Source of the DNA: Anaeramoeba ignava BMAN
Taxonomy: Eukaryota; Protista; Anaeramoebae
NCBI GenBank assembly: GCA_028826165.1
Contig: JAPDFW010000101.1
Location: 62,001-126,000, forward strand
Direction of reading: 5' to 3'
DNA: 64,000 nt
Positions within the stretch are counted from its first letter, which is position 1, and the number at the start of each line of letters is the position of its first letter. Positions 23,701 through 36,400 of this stretch are shown here, piece by piece. A program made the translations under genes and the position numbers. The notes below the pieces were generated by a model. It was not told the origin of the DNA, searched no databases, and saw nothing but the letters and a program-made list of their open reading frames with translations.

Positions 23701-25739
23701 TGCAAGAAATTGGTTATCCTGATATTACAATAGAAATTATTCAAAGTTGGACAGTTGAAGAAAAGAAAAAATTCCTATTAAAGAAACAAGAGTATATTCA
23801 ACAAAAACAAGAAGCAAATCGAAGACATCAATTAAAAAAACAAGAAGATATCGAGGCTGAGAGAAGAAGACAACAAATTCTTCAAGAAGAAGAAAACAAA
23901 AAAAAACCCAAAGTGGAAATTATTGATCAAGATCAAGATCAAGATCAAGATCAAGATGGATTTCAAGAAGTAAAAGCTGATCAAAAAATAGAAGAAATCA
24001 CTCTTCAAGATGCTGAAATTACTAAATTGGAAAGCATTCGAAAGGAATATGAAAAGAAAAAACAAAAATTTGTTGATGATAATTTCCCTGCAAATTCTAA
24101 TAGTCTTGTAATTGATCCCAAAAATGTTTCAAGTCGATTCGAAAGAGTCAAATCATGGAAAAGATTTGATGAATTGAAAACCAAATATCTATTCCAAAGA
24201 GAGTTTTCACCTGATGATATTGAACAAGTTATTATTAATAATTTTTAATTATTATTTATTATTTATTATTTATTATTTATTATTTATTATTTATTATTTA
24301 TTATTTATTATTTATTATTATTTAGGGAGCTCTTGGTGATTGTTATTTCTTAAGTGCAATTTCTGTTCTTTCTTTAAGACAAGATTTAATCTCAAATGTT
24401 TTTATAACAAAAGATTTTTCTCGAATTGGATTGTAATTCTAAAAGAAAAAAAAAAATTTATTTTTTCCCTAATTCCAAAAAAAAAAATTAAATTTTTTCT
24501 GTTGTTCCTTTTATTTAGATATTGTGTTCAATTTTTCTTTAATGGAGAATGGAAAAAAATTATTTTGGATGATTTTATTCCTTGTAGAGAATCAGGAAAA
24601 CCAATTTTTGGAAAAACTAAAAATTCAGAAAATGGATGGGTTCAAATTTTAGAAAAAGGATATGCAAAACTTTTTGGAAATTATGAATCAATTGAAGGAG
24701 GTTTAGTTCATTCAGCTCTTGTGAATTTAACTGGAGGATTTGGAGAAATGATGTAAAAAAATTTAAATTAATTTTTAAATTAATTTATAATTAATTTTTC
24801 TTTTAAAAAAGTGATTTTGATGAAGATGATATTAAACAAGAAATTCTAACTGGTGAACTTTGGAATCGAGTTGAAAAATATCACAAAGCAGGATATTTAT
24901 TTGGATGTGGAAGTCAAGCAGGAAAAGATACGGATGTATCACAACAAGGAATTGTACAAGGACATGCATATGCAATTTTAGATGTACAAACAGCTGATGG
25001 ACATAGATTAATGAAACTGTAAAAATAAAATAAAAATTAAAAATAATTTGAACTAGCAAAAAAAAACTTGAACTAGCAAAAAATTAATTTGAATTTTTTT
25101 AAAATTTTATTTTTGGAATTTAGTCGTAATCCTTGGGGTAATACTGAATGGAATGGAGATTGGAGTGATAAATCTCCACTTTGGACTAAAAGAATGAAAA
25201 CAAAACTTAATTGGGTTGATGCTGATGATGGATCATTTTGGATGGAATACAAAGATTTTGTTCAACATTTCAGGAATATTTATGTTTGTCGAATCTTTTC
25301 AGAACCACAATGGAAAAAGAAGATAGTTCAAGCAGCATGGAAAGGAAAAACTGCAGGAGGATGTCCTAATTTTGATACATGTGAAAACAATCCACAATTT
25401 CTTCTCAAAGTTAGTAAAAAAACAAAATGTTTCATTTCACTTTCTCAACAAGAGGTAAGAGGATTAAACAAGAATTTGTTGAATATTGGGTTTATTATCA
25501 CAAAGAAAGATGGAAAAAGAGTCAAGAATTTATATCGAGGTGAAAAAATTGGATCTTCTGGTTCTTTTACTAATTTAAGAGAAGTTACTTGTGAAATTGA
25601 TTTGGATGTTTATGATCCTGGTTATACTATTTTACCTTCTACTTTCAATCCTGGTGAAGAATCTAATTTTTCTTTTACTATTTATTCTAATTTTAATATT
25701 GAATTTTCTCCAATTCCTCTTTCAGTTGAAGCCAATTAA
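17728..25739 (+). CDS. DEK1-like multi-pass transmembrane calpain (~1666 aa); exons 17728-17879, 18003-18135, 18211-18328, 18412-18582, 18653-18761, 18927-19160, 21126-21558, 21642-21971, 22071-24227, 24326-24432, 24519-24752, 24812-25018, 25124-25739
   Basis: Twelve GT-AG introns give an open frame. Roughly 20 or more hydrophobic segments, a charged linker, then CysPc with the full triad (DIEQ|GALGDCYFLSAIS; QGHAYAILD; L|RNPWGNTEWNGDWSD) and a calpain domain III (WKGKTAGGC...NNPQF...PSTFNPGEE). Confidence 0.9.
19161..21125 (+). repeat. Calpain intron 6 filled with 12-bp tandem repeat ATAAAATTA(T/A)(T/A)T
   Basis: GT at 19161 and AG at 21125 join AA|T in frame; the interior is ~160 copies of ATAAAATTATTT/ATAAAATTAATT/ATAAAATTAAAT. 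Confidence 0.93.
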
Positions 25740-25814
25740 TTTTATTTTGATTTCTTTTTCTTTTTTAAAAGAAAATTTTTTAAGCAATAAAAAAAAATAA
25801 TTTAATCATTTAAA

Positions 25815-28800
25815 TCAAATAATAATCAAATAATTCAAAATAAATATATAATTTAATAAATATTTCAAATTAAATATTAAATTAAAATTATTAAAAAATA
25901 TAAATAAAAAATAAATAAAATAATTAATAAATAAAATATTAATAATTAATACATTTAAATATATAAATAATAAAATAATTCAAAATAAATATATATTTTA
26001 ATAAATATTTTAAATTAAATATTAAATTAAAATTATTAAAAATATAATTAAAAATAAATAAAATAATTAATAAATAAAATATTAATAATTAATACATTAA
26101 AATATATAAATAATAAAATAATTCAAAATAAATATATATTTTTAATAAATATTTTAAATTAAATATTAAATTAAAATTATTAAAAATATAATTAAAAATA
26201 AATAAAATATTTAATAAATAAAATATTAATAATTAATACATAAAAATATATAAATAATAAAATAATTCAAAATAAATATATATTTTAATAAATATTTTAA
26301 ATTAAATATTAAATTAAAATTATTAAAAATATAATTAAAAAATAAATAAAATATTTAATAAATAAAATATTAATAATTAATACATTAAAATATATAAATA
26401 ATAAAATAATTCAAAATAAGTATATAATTTAATAAATATTCTAAATTAAATATTAAATTAAAATTATTAAAAATATAATTAAAAAAAATAAATAAAATAT
26501 TTAATAAATAAAATAATAATAATTAATACATAAAAATATATAAATAATAAAATAATTTAAAAATAAATATAATTTAATAAATATTCTAAATTAAATATTA
26601 AATTAAAATTATTAAAAATATAATTAAAAAATAAATAAAAATATTTAATAAATAAAAAATAATAATAAATAATACATAAAAATATATAAATAATAAAATA
26701 ATTTAAAATAAATATATATTTTTAATAAATATTTTAAATTAAATATTAAATTAAAATTATTAAAAATATAATTAAAAATAAATAAAATATTTAATAAATA
26801 AAAATATTAATAATTAATACATAAAAATATATAAATAATCAAATAATTCAAAATAAATATATATTTTAATAAATATTCTAAATTAAATATTAAATTAAAA
26901 TTATTAAAAATATAAATAAAAATAAATAAAATATTTAATAAATAAAATAATAATAAATAATACATAAAAATATATAAATAATAAAATAATTCAAAAATAA
27001 ATATATATTTTTAATAAATATTTTAAATTAAATATTAAATTAAAATTATTAAAAAATATAATTAAAAATAAATAAAATAATTAATAAATAAAATATTAAT
27101 AATTAATACATTAAAATATATAAATAATAAAATAATTTAAAATAAATATATATTTTTAATAAATATTTTAAATTAAATATTAAATCAAAAATTATTAAAA
27201 ATATAAATAAAAATAAATAAAATATTTAATAAATAAAAATATTAATAAATAATACATAAAAATATATAAATAATCAAATAATTCAAAATAAATATATATT
27301 TTTAATAAATATTTTTAAATTAAATATTAAATTAAAATTATTAAAAATATAAATAAAAATAAATAAAATATTTAATAAATAAAATATTAATAATTAATAC
27401 ATAAAAATATATAAATAATCAAATAATTTAAAATAAATATATATTTTAATAAATATTTTAAATTAAATATTAAATTAAAATTATTAAAAATATAAATAAA
27501 AATAAATAAAATATTTAATAAATAAAATATTAATAAATAATACATAAAAATATATAAATAATAAAATAATTTAAAAATAAATATATATTTTAATAAATAT
27601 TCTAAATTAAATATTAAATTAAAATTATTAAAAATATAATTAAAAAATAAATAAAATATTTAATAAATAAAATATTAATAATTAATACATAAAAATATAT
27701 AAATAATCAAATAATTCAAAATAAATATATATTTTAATAAATATTCTAAATTAAATATTAAATTAAAATTATTAAAAATATAATTAAAAATAAATAAAAT
27801 ATTTAATAAATAAAATATTAATAATTAATACATAAAAATATATAAATAATAAAATAATTCAAAATAAATATATATTTTAATAAATATTTTAAATTAAATA
27901 TTAAATTAAAATTATTAAAAAATATAATTAAAAAATAAATAAAATAATTAATAAATAAAATAATAATAAATAATACATTAAAATATATAAATAATAAAAA
28001 TAATTTAAAATAAATATATATTTTAATAAATATTTTAAATTAAATATTAAATCAAAATTATTAAAAAATATAAATAAAAAATAAATAAAATATTTAATAA
28101 ATAAAATATTAATAATTAATACATAAAAATATATAAATAATCAAATAATTTAAAATAAATATATATTTTTAATAAATATTTTAAATTAAATATTAAATTA
28201 AAATTATTAAAAATATAAATAAAAATAAATAAAATATTTAATAAATAAAATATTAATAATTAATACATAAAAATATATAAATAATCAAATAATTCAAAAT
28301 AAATATATATTTTAATAAATATTCTAAATTAAATATTAAATTAAAATTATTAAAAAATATAAATAAAAATAAATAAAATATTTAATAAATAAAATAATAA
28401 TAAATAATACATAAAAAATATATAAATAATAAAATAATTCAAAATAAATATATATTTTTAATAAATATTTTTAAATTAAATATTAAATTAAAATTATTAA
28501 AAATATAATTAAAAATAAATAAAAAAATAATTAATAAAAAAATATTAATAATTAATACATTAAAAATATATAAATAATAAAATAATTTAAAATAAATATA
28601 TATTTTAATAAATATTTTAAATTAAATATTAAATCAAAATTATTAAAAAAATATAAATAAAAAATAAATAAAATATTTAATAAATAAAATATTAATAAAT
28701 AATACATAAAAAATATATAAATAATCAAATAATTCAAAATAAATATATATTTTAATAAATATTCTAAATTAAATATTAAATTAAAATTATTAAAAATATA

Positions 28801-31800
28801 AATAAAAATAAATAAAATATTTAATAAATAAAAATATTAATAATTAATACATAAAAATATATAAATAATCAAATAATTTAAAATAAATATATATTTTAAT
28901 AAATATTTTAAATTAAATATTAAATTAAAAATTATTAAAAAATATAAATAAAAATAAATAAAATATTTAATAAATAAAATATTAATAAATAATACATAAA
29001 AATATATAAATAATAAAATAATTTAAAATAAATATATATTTTAATAAATATTCTAAATTAAATATTAAATTAAAATTATTAAAAATATAATTAAAAATAA
29101 ATAAAATATTTAATAAATAAAATATTAATAATTAATACATAAAAATATATAAATAATCAAATAATTCAAAATAAATATATATTTTAATAAATATTCTAAA
29201 TTAAATATTAAATTAAAATTATTAAAAATATAATTAAAAATAAATAAAATATTTAATAAATAAAATATTAATAATTAATACATAAAAATATATAAATAAT
29301 AAAATAATTCAAAATAAATATATATTTTAATAAATATTTTAAATTAAATATTAAATTAAAATTATTAAAAATATAATTAAAAATAAATAAAATAATTAAT
29401 AAATAAAATAATAATAAATAATACATTAAAATATATAAATAATAAAAATAATTTAAAATAAATATATATTTTTAATAAATATTTTAAATTAAATATTAAA
29501 TCAAAAATTATTAAAAATATAAATAAAAATAAATAAAATATTTAATAAATAAAATATTAATAATTAATACATAAAAATATATAAATAATCAAATAATTTA
29601 AAATAAATATATATTTTTAATAAATATTTTTAAATTAAATATTAAATTAAAATTATTAAAAATATAAATAAAAATAAATAAAATATTTAATAAATAAAAT
29701 AATAACAATTAATACATAAAAATATATAAATAATCAAATAATTCAAAAATAAATATATATTTTAATAAATATTCTAAATTAAATATTAAATTAAAATTAT
29801 TAAAAAATATAAATAAAAATAAAATAAAATATTTAATAAATAAAATATTAATAATTAATACATAAAAATATATAAATAATCAAATAATTTAAAATAAATA
29901 TATATTTTAATAAATATTTTAAATTAAATATTAAATTAAAATTATTAAAAATATAAATAAAAATAAATAAAATATTTAATAAATAAAATATTAATAATTA
30001 ATACATAAAAATATATAAATAATCAAATAATTCAAAATAAATATATATTTTAATAAATATTCTAAATTAAATATTAAATTAAAATTATTAAAAATATAAA
30101 TAAAAATAAATAAAATATTTAATAAATAAAATATTAATAATTAATACATAAAAATATATAAATAATCAAATAATTTAAAATAAATATACATTTTAATAAA
30201 TATTTTAAATTAAATATTAAATTAAAATTATTAAAAATATAATTAAAAATAAATAAAATATTTAATAAATAAAATATTAATAAATAATACATAAAAATAT
30301 ATAAATAATAAAAATATTTAAAATAAATATATATATTTTAATAAATATTTTAAATTAAATATTAAATTAAAATTATTAAAAATATAATTAAAAATAAATA
30401 AAATATTTAATAAATAAAATATTAATAATTAATACATAAAAATATATAAATAATCAAATAATTCAAAATAAATATATATTTTTAATAAATATTCTAAATT
30501 AAATATTAAATTAAAATTATTAAAAATATAAATAAAAATAAATAAAATAATTAATAAATAAAATATTAATAATTAAATACATTAAAATATATAAATAATC
30601 AAATAATTTAAAATAAATATGTATTTTAATAAATATTTTAAATTAAATATTAAATTAAAATTATTAAAAATATAATTAAAAAATAAATAAAATAATTAAT
30701 AAATAAAATATTAATAAATAATACATTAAAATATATAAATAATCAAATAATTCAAAATAAATATATATTTTTAATAAATATTTTAAATTAAATATTAAAT
30801 TAAAATTATTAAAAATATAATTAAAAATAAATAAAATATTTAATAAATAAAATATTAATAATTAATAAATAAAAATATATAAATAATAAAATAATTTAAA
30901 ATAAATATATATTTTAATAAATATTCTCAATTAAATATTAAAATTAAAATTATTAAAAAATATAAATAAAAATAAATAAAATATTTAATAAATAAAATAT
31001 TAATAATTAATACATAAAAATATATAAATAATCAAATAATTCAAAAATAAATATATAATTTTAATAAATATTCTAAATTAAATATTAAATTAAAATTATT
31101 AAAAATATATTAAAAAAAAATAAATAAAATATTTAATAAATAAAATATTAATAAATAATACATAAAAATATATAAATAATAAAATAATTTAAAATAAATA
31201 TACATTTTAATAAATATTTTTAAATTAAATATTAAATTAAAATTATTAAAAATATAATTAAAAAATAAATAAAATAATTAATAAATAAAATATTAATAAT
31301 TAATACATAAAAATATATAAATAATAAAAATAATTTAAAAATAAATATATATTTTAATAAATATTTTTAAATTAAATATTAAATTAAAATTATTAAAAAA
31401 TAAAAAAAAATAAAAAAAAATAAAAAATAATAAAATAAAAAAAATAATAATAATAATTAATACATAAAAATATATAAATAATAAAATAATTCAAAATAAA
31501 TATATATTTTTAATAAATATTTTAAATTAAATATTAAATTAAAAATTATTAAAAATATAAATAAAAAATAAATAAAATATTTAATAAATAAAATATTAAT
31601 AATTAATACATAAAAATATATAAATAATCAAATAATTTAAAATAAATATATATTTTTAATAAATATTTTAAATTAAATATTAAATCAAAAATTATTAAAA
31701 ATATAATTAAAAATAAATAAAATATTTAATAAATAAAATATTAATAAATAATACATAAAAATATATAAATAATAAAATAATTCAAAATAAATATATATTT

Positions 31801-32105
31801 TAATAAATATTTTAAATTAAATATTAAATTAAAATTATTAAAAATATAAATAAAAATAAATAAAATATTTAATAAATAAAATAATAATAATTAATACATA
31901 AAAATATGTAAATAATCAAATAATTTAAAATAAATATATAATTTTAATAAATATTTTAAATTAAATATTAAATTAAAATTATTAAAAAATATAAATAAAA
32001 AATAAATAAAATAATTAATAAATAAAATATTAATAAATAATACATAAAAATATGTAAATAATAAAATAATTCAAAATAAATATATATTTTAATAAATATT
32101 CTCAA
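25815..32105. repeat. Intergenic AT-rich satellite, ~143-146-bp unit, ~44 copies
   Basis: The landmark TAATACAT recurs at ~144-bp spacing (ACAT at 25951, 26094, 26238...). I count only four G on the + strand across 6.3 kb. Confidence 0.95.
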
Positions 32106-32205
32106 TTTGGAATCAAAAAAGAGAGAAAATTGAGAATAAAAAAAAAAGATTAAAAAAATTTTTTTTTTCATTTTTTTTTCATTTTTTTTTTATCAATTTT
32201 TTTAA

Positions 32206-33243
32206 ATGGAAATAAAAGAATTAAATTTTAAATTTGAAGATGAACTAACAATTCAAATTAGTTCTGATTTACATTTAGAGTTTTACAGAACATTTCAAGA
32301 AATACCAGAAGATATAATTGAACCTAAAGCAAAATATTTATTATTAGCAGGAGATATTGGGATTCCCTTTCACAAAATGCATTATGCGAATTTTTTAGAA
32401 AAAATGTCAACAATTTTTGAACAAATTTTCTTAATTGCAGGAAATCATGAATATTATAATATAACTTTTGGAACAGAAAAAAAAACAATCAAACAAATAA
32501 ATGAAATTATAGAAAAAATTTGTGAAAAATTAAAAAACGTTCATTTTTTGAATAACAAATCAGTGATTTTTAAGAATGAAAAAACAAATCAAATTATTCG
32601 TTTGATTGGATCAACTTTATGGTCTTATATTCCACAACATGCTTATTTAGAAGTTCATAAATCAATGAATGATTATTGCAAGATTTTTATTGAGAAAGGA
32701 AAATTTGTATCAGCAAATGAAACTAGTTTTATGTTTGAAGAAAATTTGGATTGGATTAAAAGTGAACTTGCAAAATCAAAGGAATTGAATGAAGATCATG
32801 TTATTGTTGCTACTCATCATACACCTTTAATGAAAAAAACTTCTCATCCAAAATTTGATAATGATAATTTTTCTAGTGTTAATCATGCGTTTTCTACTAA
32901 TATTTCTGAGCTTTTTAAAAATCGTGGATCTAATATTCATACTTGGATTTGTGGTCATACTCATTATTGTTTTGATTTTGTTGAACAAGGTACAAGAATT
33001 GTTGGAAATCAAAGAGGTTATTTTTTTGAATCTGTTGGTTATGATCCTGCTAAGACTATTTCTATTCCATCTAAGAATGAAAATCAAAATCAAAATCAAA
33101 ATTCAAATGAAAATCAAAATCAAAATCAAAATTCAAATGAAAATGAAATTCAAATTCAAATTGAAAATGAAAATCAAAATCAAAATCAAATTGAAAATGA
33201 AAATCAAAATTCAAATGAAAACTTAAATGAAAATCAAAATTAA
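32206..33243 (+). CDS. Calcineurin-like metallophosphoesterase with C-terminal NQ/NE tail, intronless
   Basis: Motifs SDLHLE, LAGDIG, AGNHEYY, VATHH, CGHTH, GNQRGY. Confidence 0.9.
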   Translation: MEIKELNFKFEDELTIQISSDLHLEFYRTFQEIPEDIIEPKAKYLLLAGDIGIPFHKMHYANFLEKMSTIFEQIFLIAGNHEYYNITFGTEKKTIKQINEIIEKICEKLKNVHFLNNKSVIFKNEKTNQIIRLIGSTLWSYIPQHAYLEVHKSMNDYCKIFIEKGKFVSANETSFMFEENLDWIKSELAKSKELNEDHVIVATHHTPLMKKTSHPKFDNDNFSSVNHAFSTNISELFKNRGSNIHTWICGHTHYCFDFVEQGTRIVGNQRGYFFESVGYDPAKTISIPSKNENQNQNQNSNENQNQNQNSNENEIQIQIENENQNQNQIENENQNSNENLNENQN

Positions 33244-33425
33244 AATAATTAAAAATCAAAATTAAAATTAAAATTAAAATTAAAAATTAAAATTAAAATA
33301 AAAATCAAAATTAAAATTAAAATCAAAATTAAAATTAAAATTAAAAATCAAAATTAAAATTAAAATCAAAAATTAAAATTAAAATTCAAAAATCAAAATT
33401 AAAATAAAAATTAAATTAAAATCAA
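33244..33425. repeat. (AAAATT/AAAATC)n microsatellite between convergent gene ends
   Basis: Direct reading; continuous with the NQ-coding repeat of the upstream gene. Confidence 0.85.
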
Positions 33426-33454
33426 ATTTTGTTTTATTCCTCAATTTGTTAAAA

Positions 33455-36400
33455 TTAAAACTTTAATTGAGATAAAACCCAATTTTTCCTAATATCTTCA
33501 GATTCTAATATCATTTCATCTCTCTTTTGAATTTGTTCATTTTCATTTTCATTTTCATTTTCATTTTCATTTTCATTTTGATTTTCATTTTCATGTTCAT
33601 TTTCAGTTTGAGTTAAAGATTGGGTTTTATCTTGAAGAAAATCATCAGCTAAATCAAATTCAATTTCTCCAACACGTTGATTTTTCAATTGAGTATATTT
33701 ATGATAAATTTTTCTTTTTTGACACCAAAATATAAGCAAAAAAGTGATAACAAAGACAAACAAAATGGGGAATAATATCAATAAGAAAGGTGATATTTCC
33801 ATAACAGAACAATTCTCTGTTTCTGATGGTGGAGGATTAATACTAACACAATCATCCTTATTGGGAATATAAGTGATTTTCTTTGTTCCTTTATTGCAAT
33901 CTCCTTCAATTCGATCATAATCAGAACTCAAACAAATTCTACATCCGTATTGACTTCTCCATTCTAAATATTTTATTGCATTTGGATCTTGATTATTTAA
34001 ATGTTTTTCAATAACAACTGGAACTCCAATTCCAAAACTCAAATCACAAATAAAATCAACTTGTGTTTGTGCATATTCTTGATTAATAACATCTCCATAT
34101 GTATAATTTATTCTGATTCCTGTGTAATTTTCGTTATTGATTAAAGCTGTGATTTCTGAAATTGAAAGTACTTTTCCAAAATTAATATCATAATTTTTTC
34201 CAATTTCACAAATATAAGTATCTAAAGCATTTCCATTTGAATCTTTGCAAAAATCAGTATTTGATATTTTATCACAAACTGAGTAATAAAATTTCTCTGT
34301 TACGTTGTTGGGATTGATTATTGAATTGATTCCCTTATTATTAAGTGTTGTTAGATTGAATTGGATATTGTTATCAAATGAAAAAATACAATCAGTAAGA
34401 CATTCAGTTGATCCATTAACTTTGTTTGAATAAGTTCCATTTCCGCAATCAAGACAAAATTGCATTCCGTATTGATCACTAAAAGTACCATTTTCGCATA
34501 AAAAACAAGAAGAATATCCATTTATTGAAGAATTTGTAAATGAACCAGGCTCACAAAGCGAGCAATTTATTGAATCTGTTTCATTTGAAAAATATCCATT
34601 ATCACAATTTATTAATTGTTGAGATTTTCCAACTGAAGTTCCATTTATGAAAATATTTAAAAGATAGGCTTGTCCTTGGATGCAGCATTGTTGATGATAT
34701 ACCCATCTGAGTTCATAAATTCCTTTTGAAAGAGGGAATGAGGCATGTTGATAATTTTCTGTTGCGTTATCCAAAGCTCCGATAACAGGTTCTCCATTTA
34801 TAATAAATTCCAATATTGCATTAAAACCATTTTCTTTATTATTATAATTATAATTTTTGTTTTTCTGGGATTGATTCATAACAAGTTTGTAATCAAAAGA
34901 AATTATTCCATCTTCAATTATTGAAACATTTGGAAAAATAAATTCTGAATTGACTTCTTGATTTCCAGCAATTCCAGAATCAAGATAATTATCACCAATT
35001 CTCCATCCAGTTGAAAGTTGGCAATCTCCACTGCAAAATGTTTTATGTTCTTCTATAAGAAATTGATCTATAAAATTGGATAAATTGAGAGAAAGAATTG
35101 CTGCTTGGCCTAAATTTGCTTGAATGCATTTTTGAGCATCTTGATCTAAACTGTAACTTCCTTTAGGACATGTTGTGCAATTATAATCCGTACTGGAATT
35201 ACTGTATTCACCAGGATTACAATGACATTCAACGATTTCTGGTTCTGGGAGATTACCTATACAAGTTGGATATGCGAGATACCATTTATAATTTTTGGAT
35301 TGTGAATTACTTTTGCATGGAGAATAAACAGGATAATAATCAATTCCTTCAAAACATTGTGGATTTTTTGGGATGCACTCAGTTTGTCCACTCAAAGAGT
35401 AATAATTTTCATCACAAGGAATACAGTCTATTGAATTATTTTGAGGTTGTTTTGTATTAATAGGACAAAGTTCACATTTTGATGATCCAGTTTGATTTGA
35501 ATATGAACCTGGCGGACAAACTGTGCATGCATCAGCACTTTTTGCGATTCCTTGTGCTGATATTTGCTGGATTATAATACTATATAAAGATGAATTATCG
35601 AAATCATTTTCGTTTGTAAAATTCCATTTGAAAATATGAGGTCCGTTTGAAATTGGTTGGCTATGTTGTGAAAATTCTAATAATCCTTCATATGTGAAAA
35701 AAGCTTCATTATCAATTGAGAAAACCAATTTTTGATTTGGAAGAATTGCGAATGATTCAAACACAAAAGAAATTTTTCCATCAACTTCAAAGTTTGTGAT
35801 TAAACTGAACCAACTTTCCTTTCCAAAACCAGCAAATAAAGTTTGATTTCCAATTACAGTCCAATTCGAACAATTTTGGTTAACAATATTATCAAATGAA
35901 ACGCAACCCATTTGGAAAATTTGGTTAAAATTTGATAAATTATAAATAACACCTCCACCAAGTGAATAAGATCCTTGAGAACAATCCACACAATCTGTGC
36001 CATTTGAGTATTGGCCTGCTCCACAAACAATATCGTCTGTGCATGAAACAATCTCATTTGCAGGAAGAGAAACACCTCCAAAACATTTTTTTGGGTTTTC
36101 AATCCAATAATATATTTTTTGTCTTTGAGCATTAATACAATCAGTGTAAAAAAAGGAATAATCTCTTTCTGTGCATAAAGGACATGCATATTGTGTGTTC
36201 CATATAAACTTGAAATTGCAAGGATTTTGAGGATCAATTACATTTCCATCAGGAATTGGATGTCCTATTCCTGAAACAATATCACAATTAAAAGTTATTG
36301 AAGAATTTCTATGTTGATTTGAATCACATCCAATTTCTCCATTTCCAAAACTAACAATTAATCCATCTCTTGGATTTGAGGATAAAGTTTCAAATCCAAT

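Noticed and set aside
25815-32105. CRISPR array or transposon
   Set aside because: Units are contiguous with no unique spacers, and there are no cas or transposase genes, terminal repeats or evident target-site duplication.
33241-33243. Possible TAA/TAG=Gln genetic code, suggested by the CAA/TAA interchange in repeats
   Set aside because: Conserved genes (RPB3, SNAP, DNAJC3, calpain) end at TAA at the expected positions and show no in-frame TAA/TAG in their exons.
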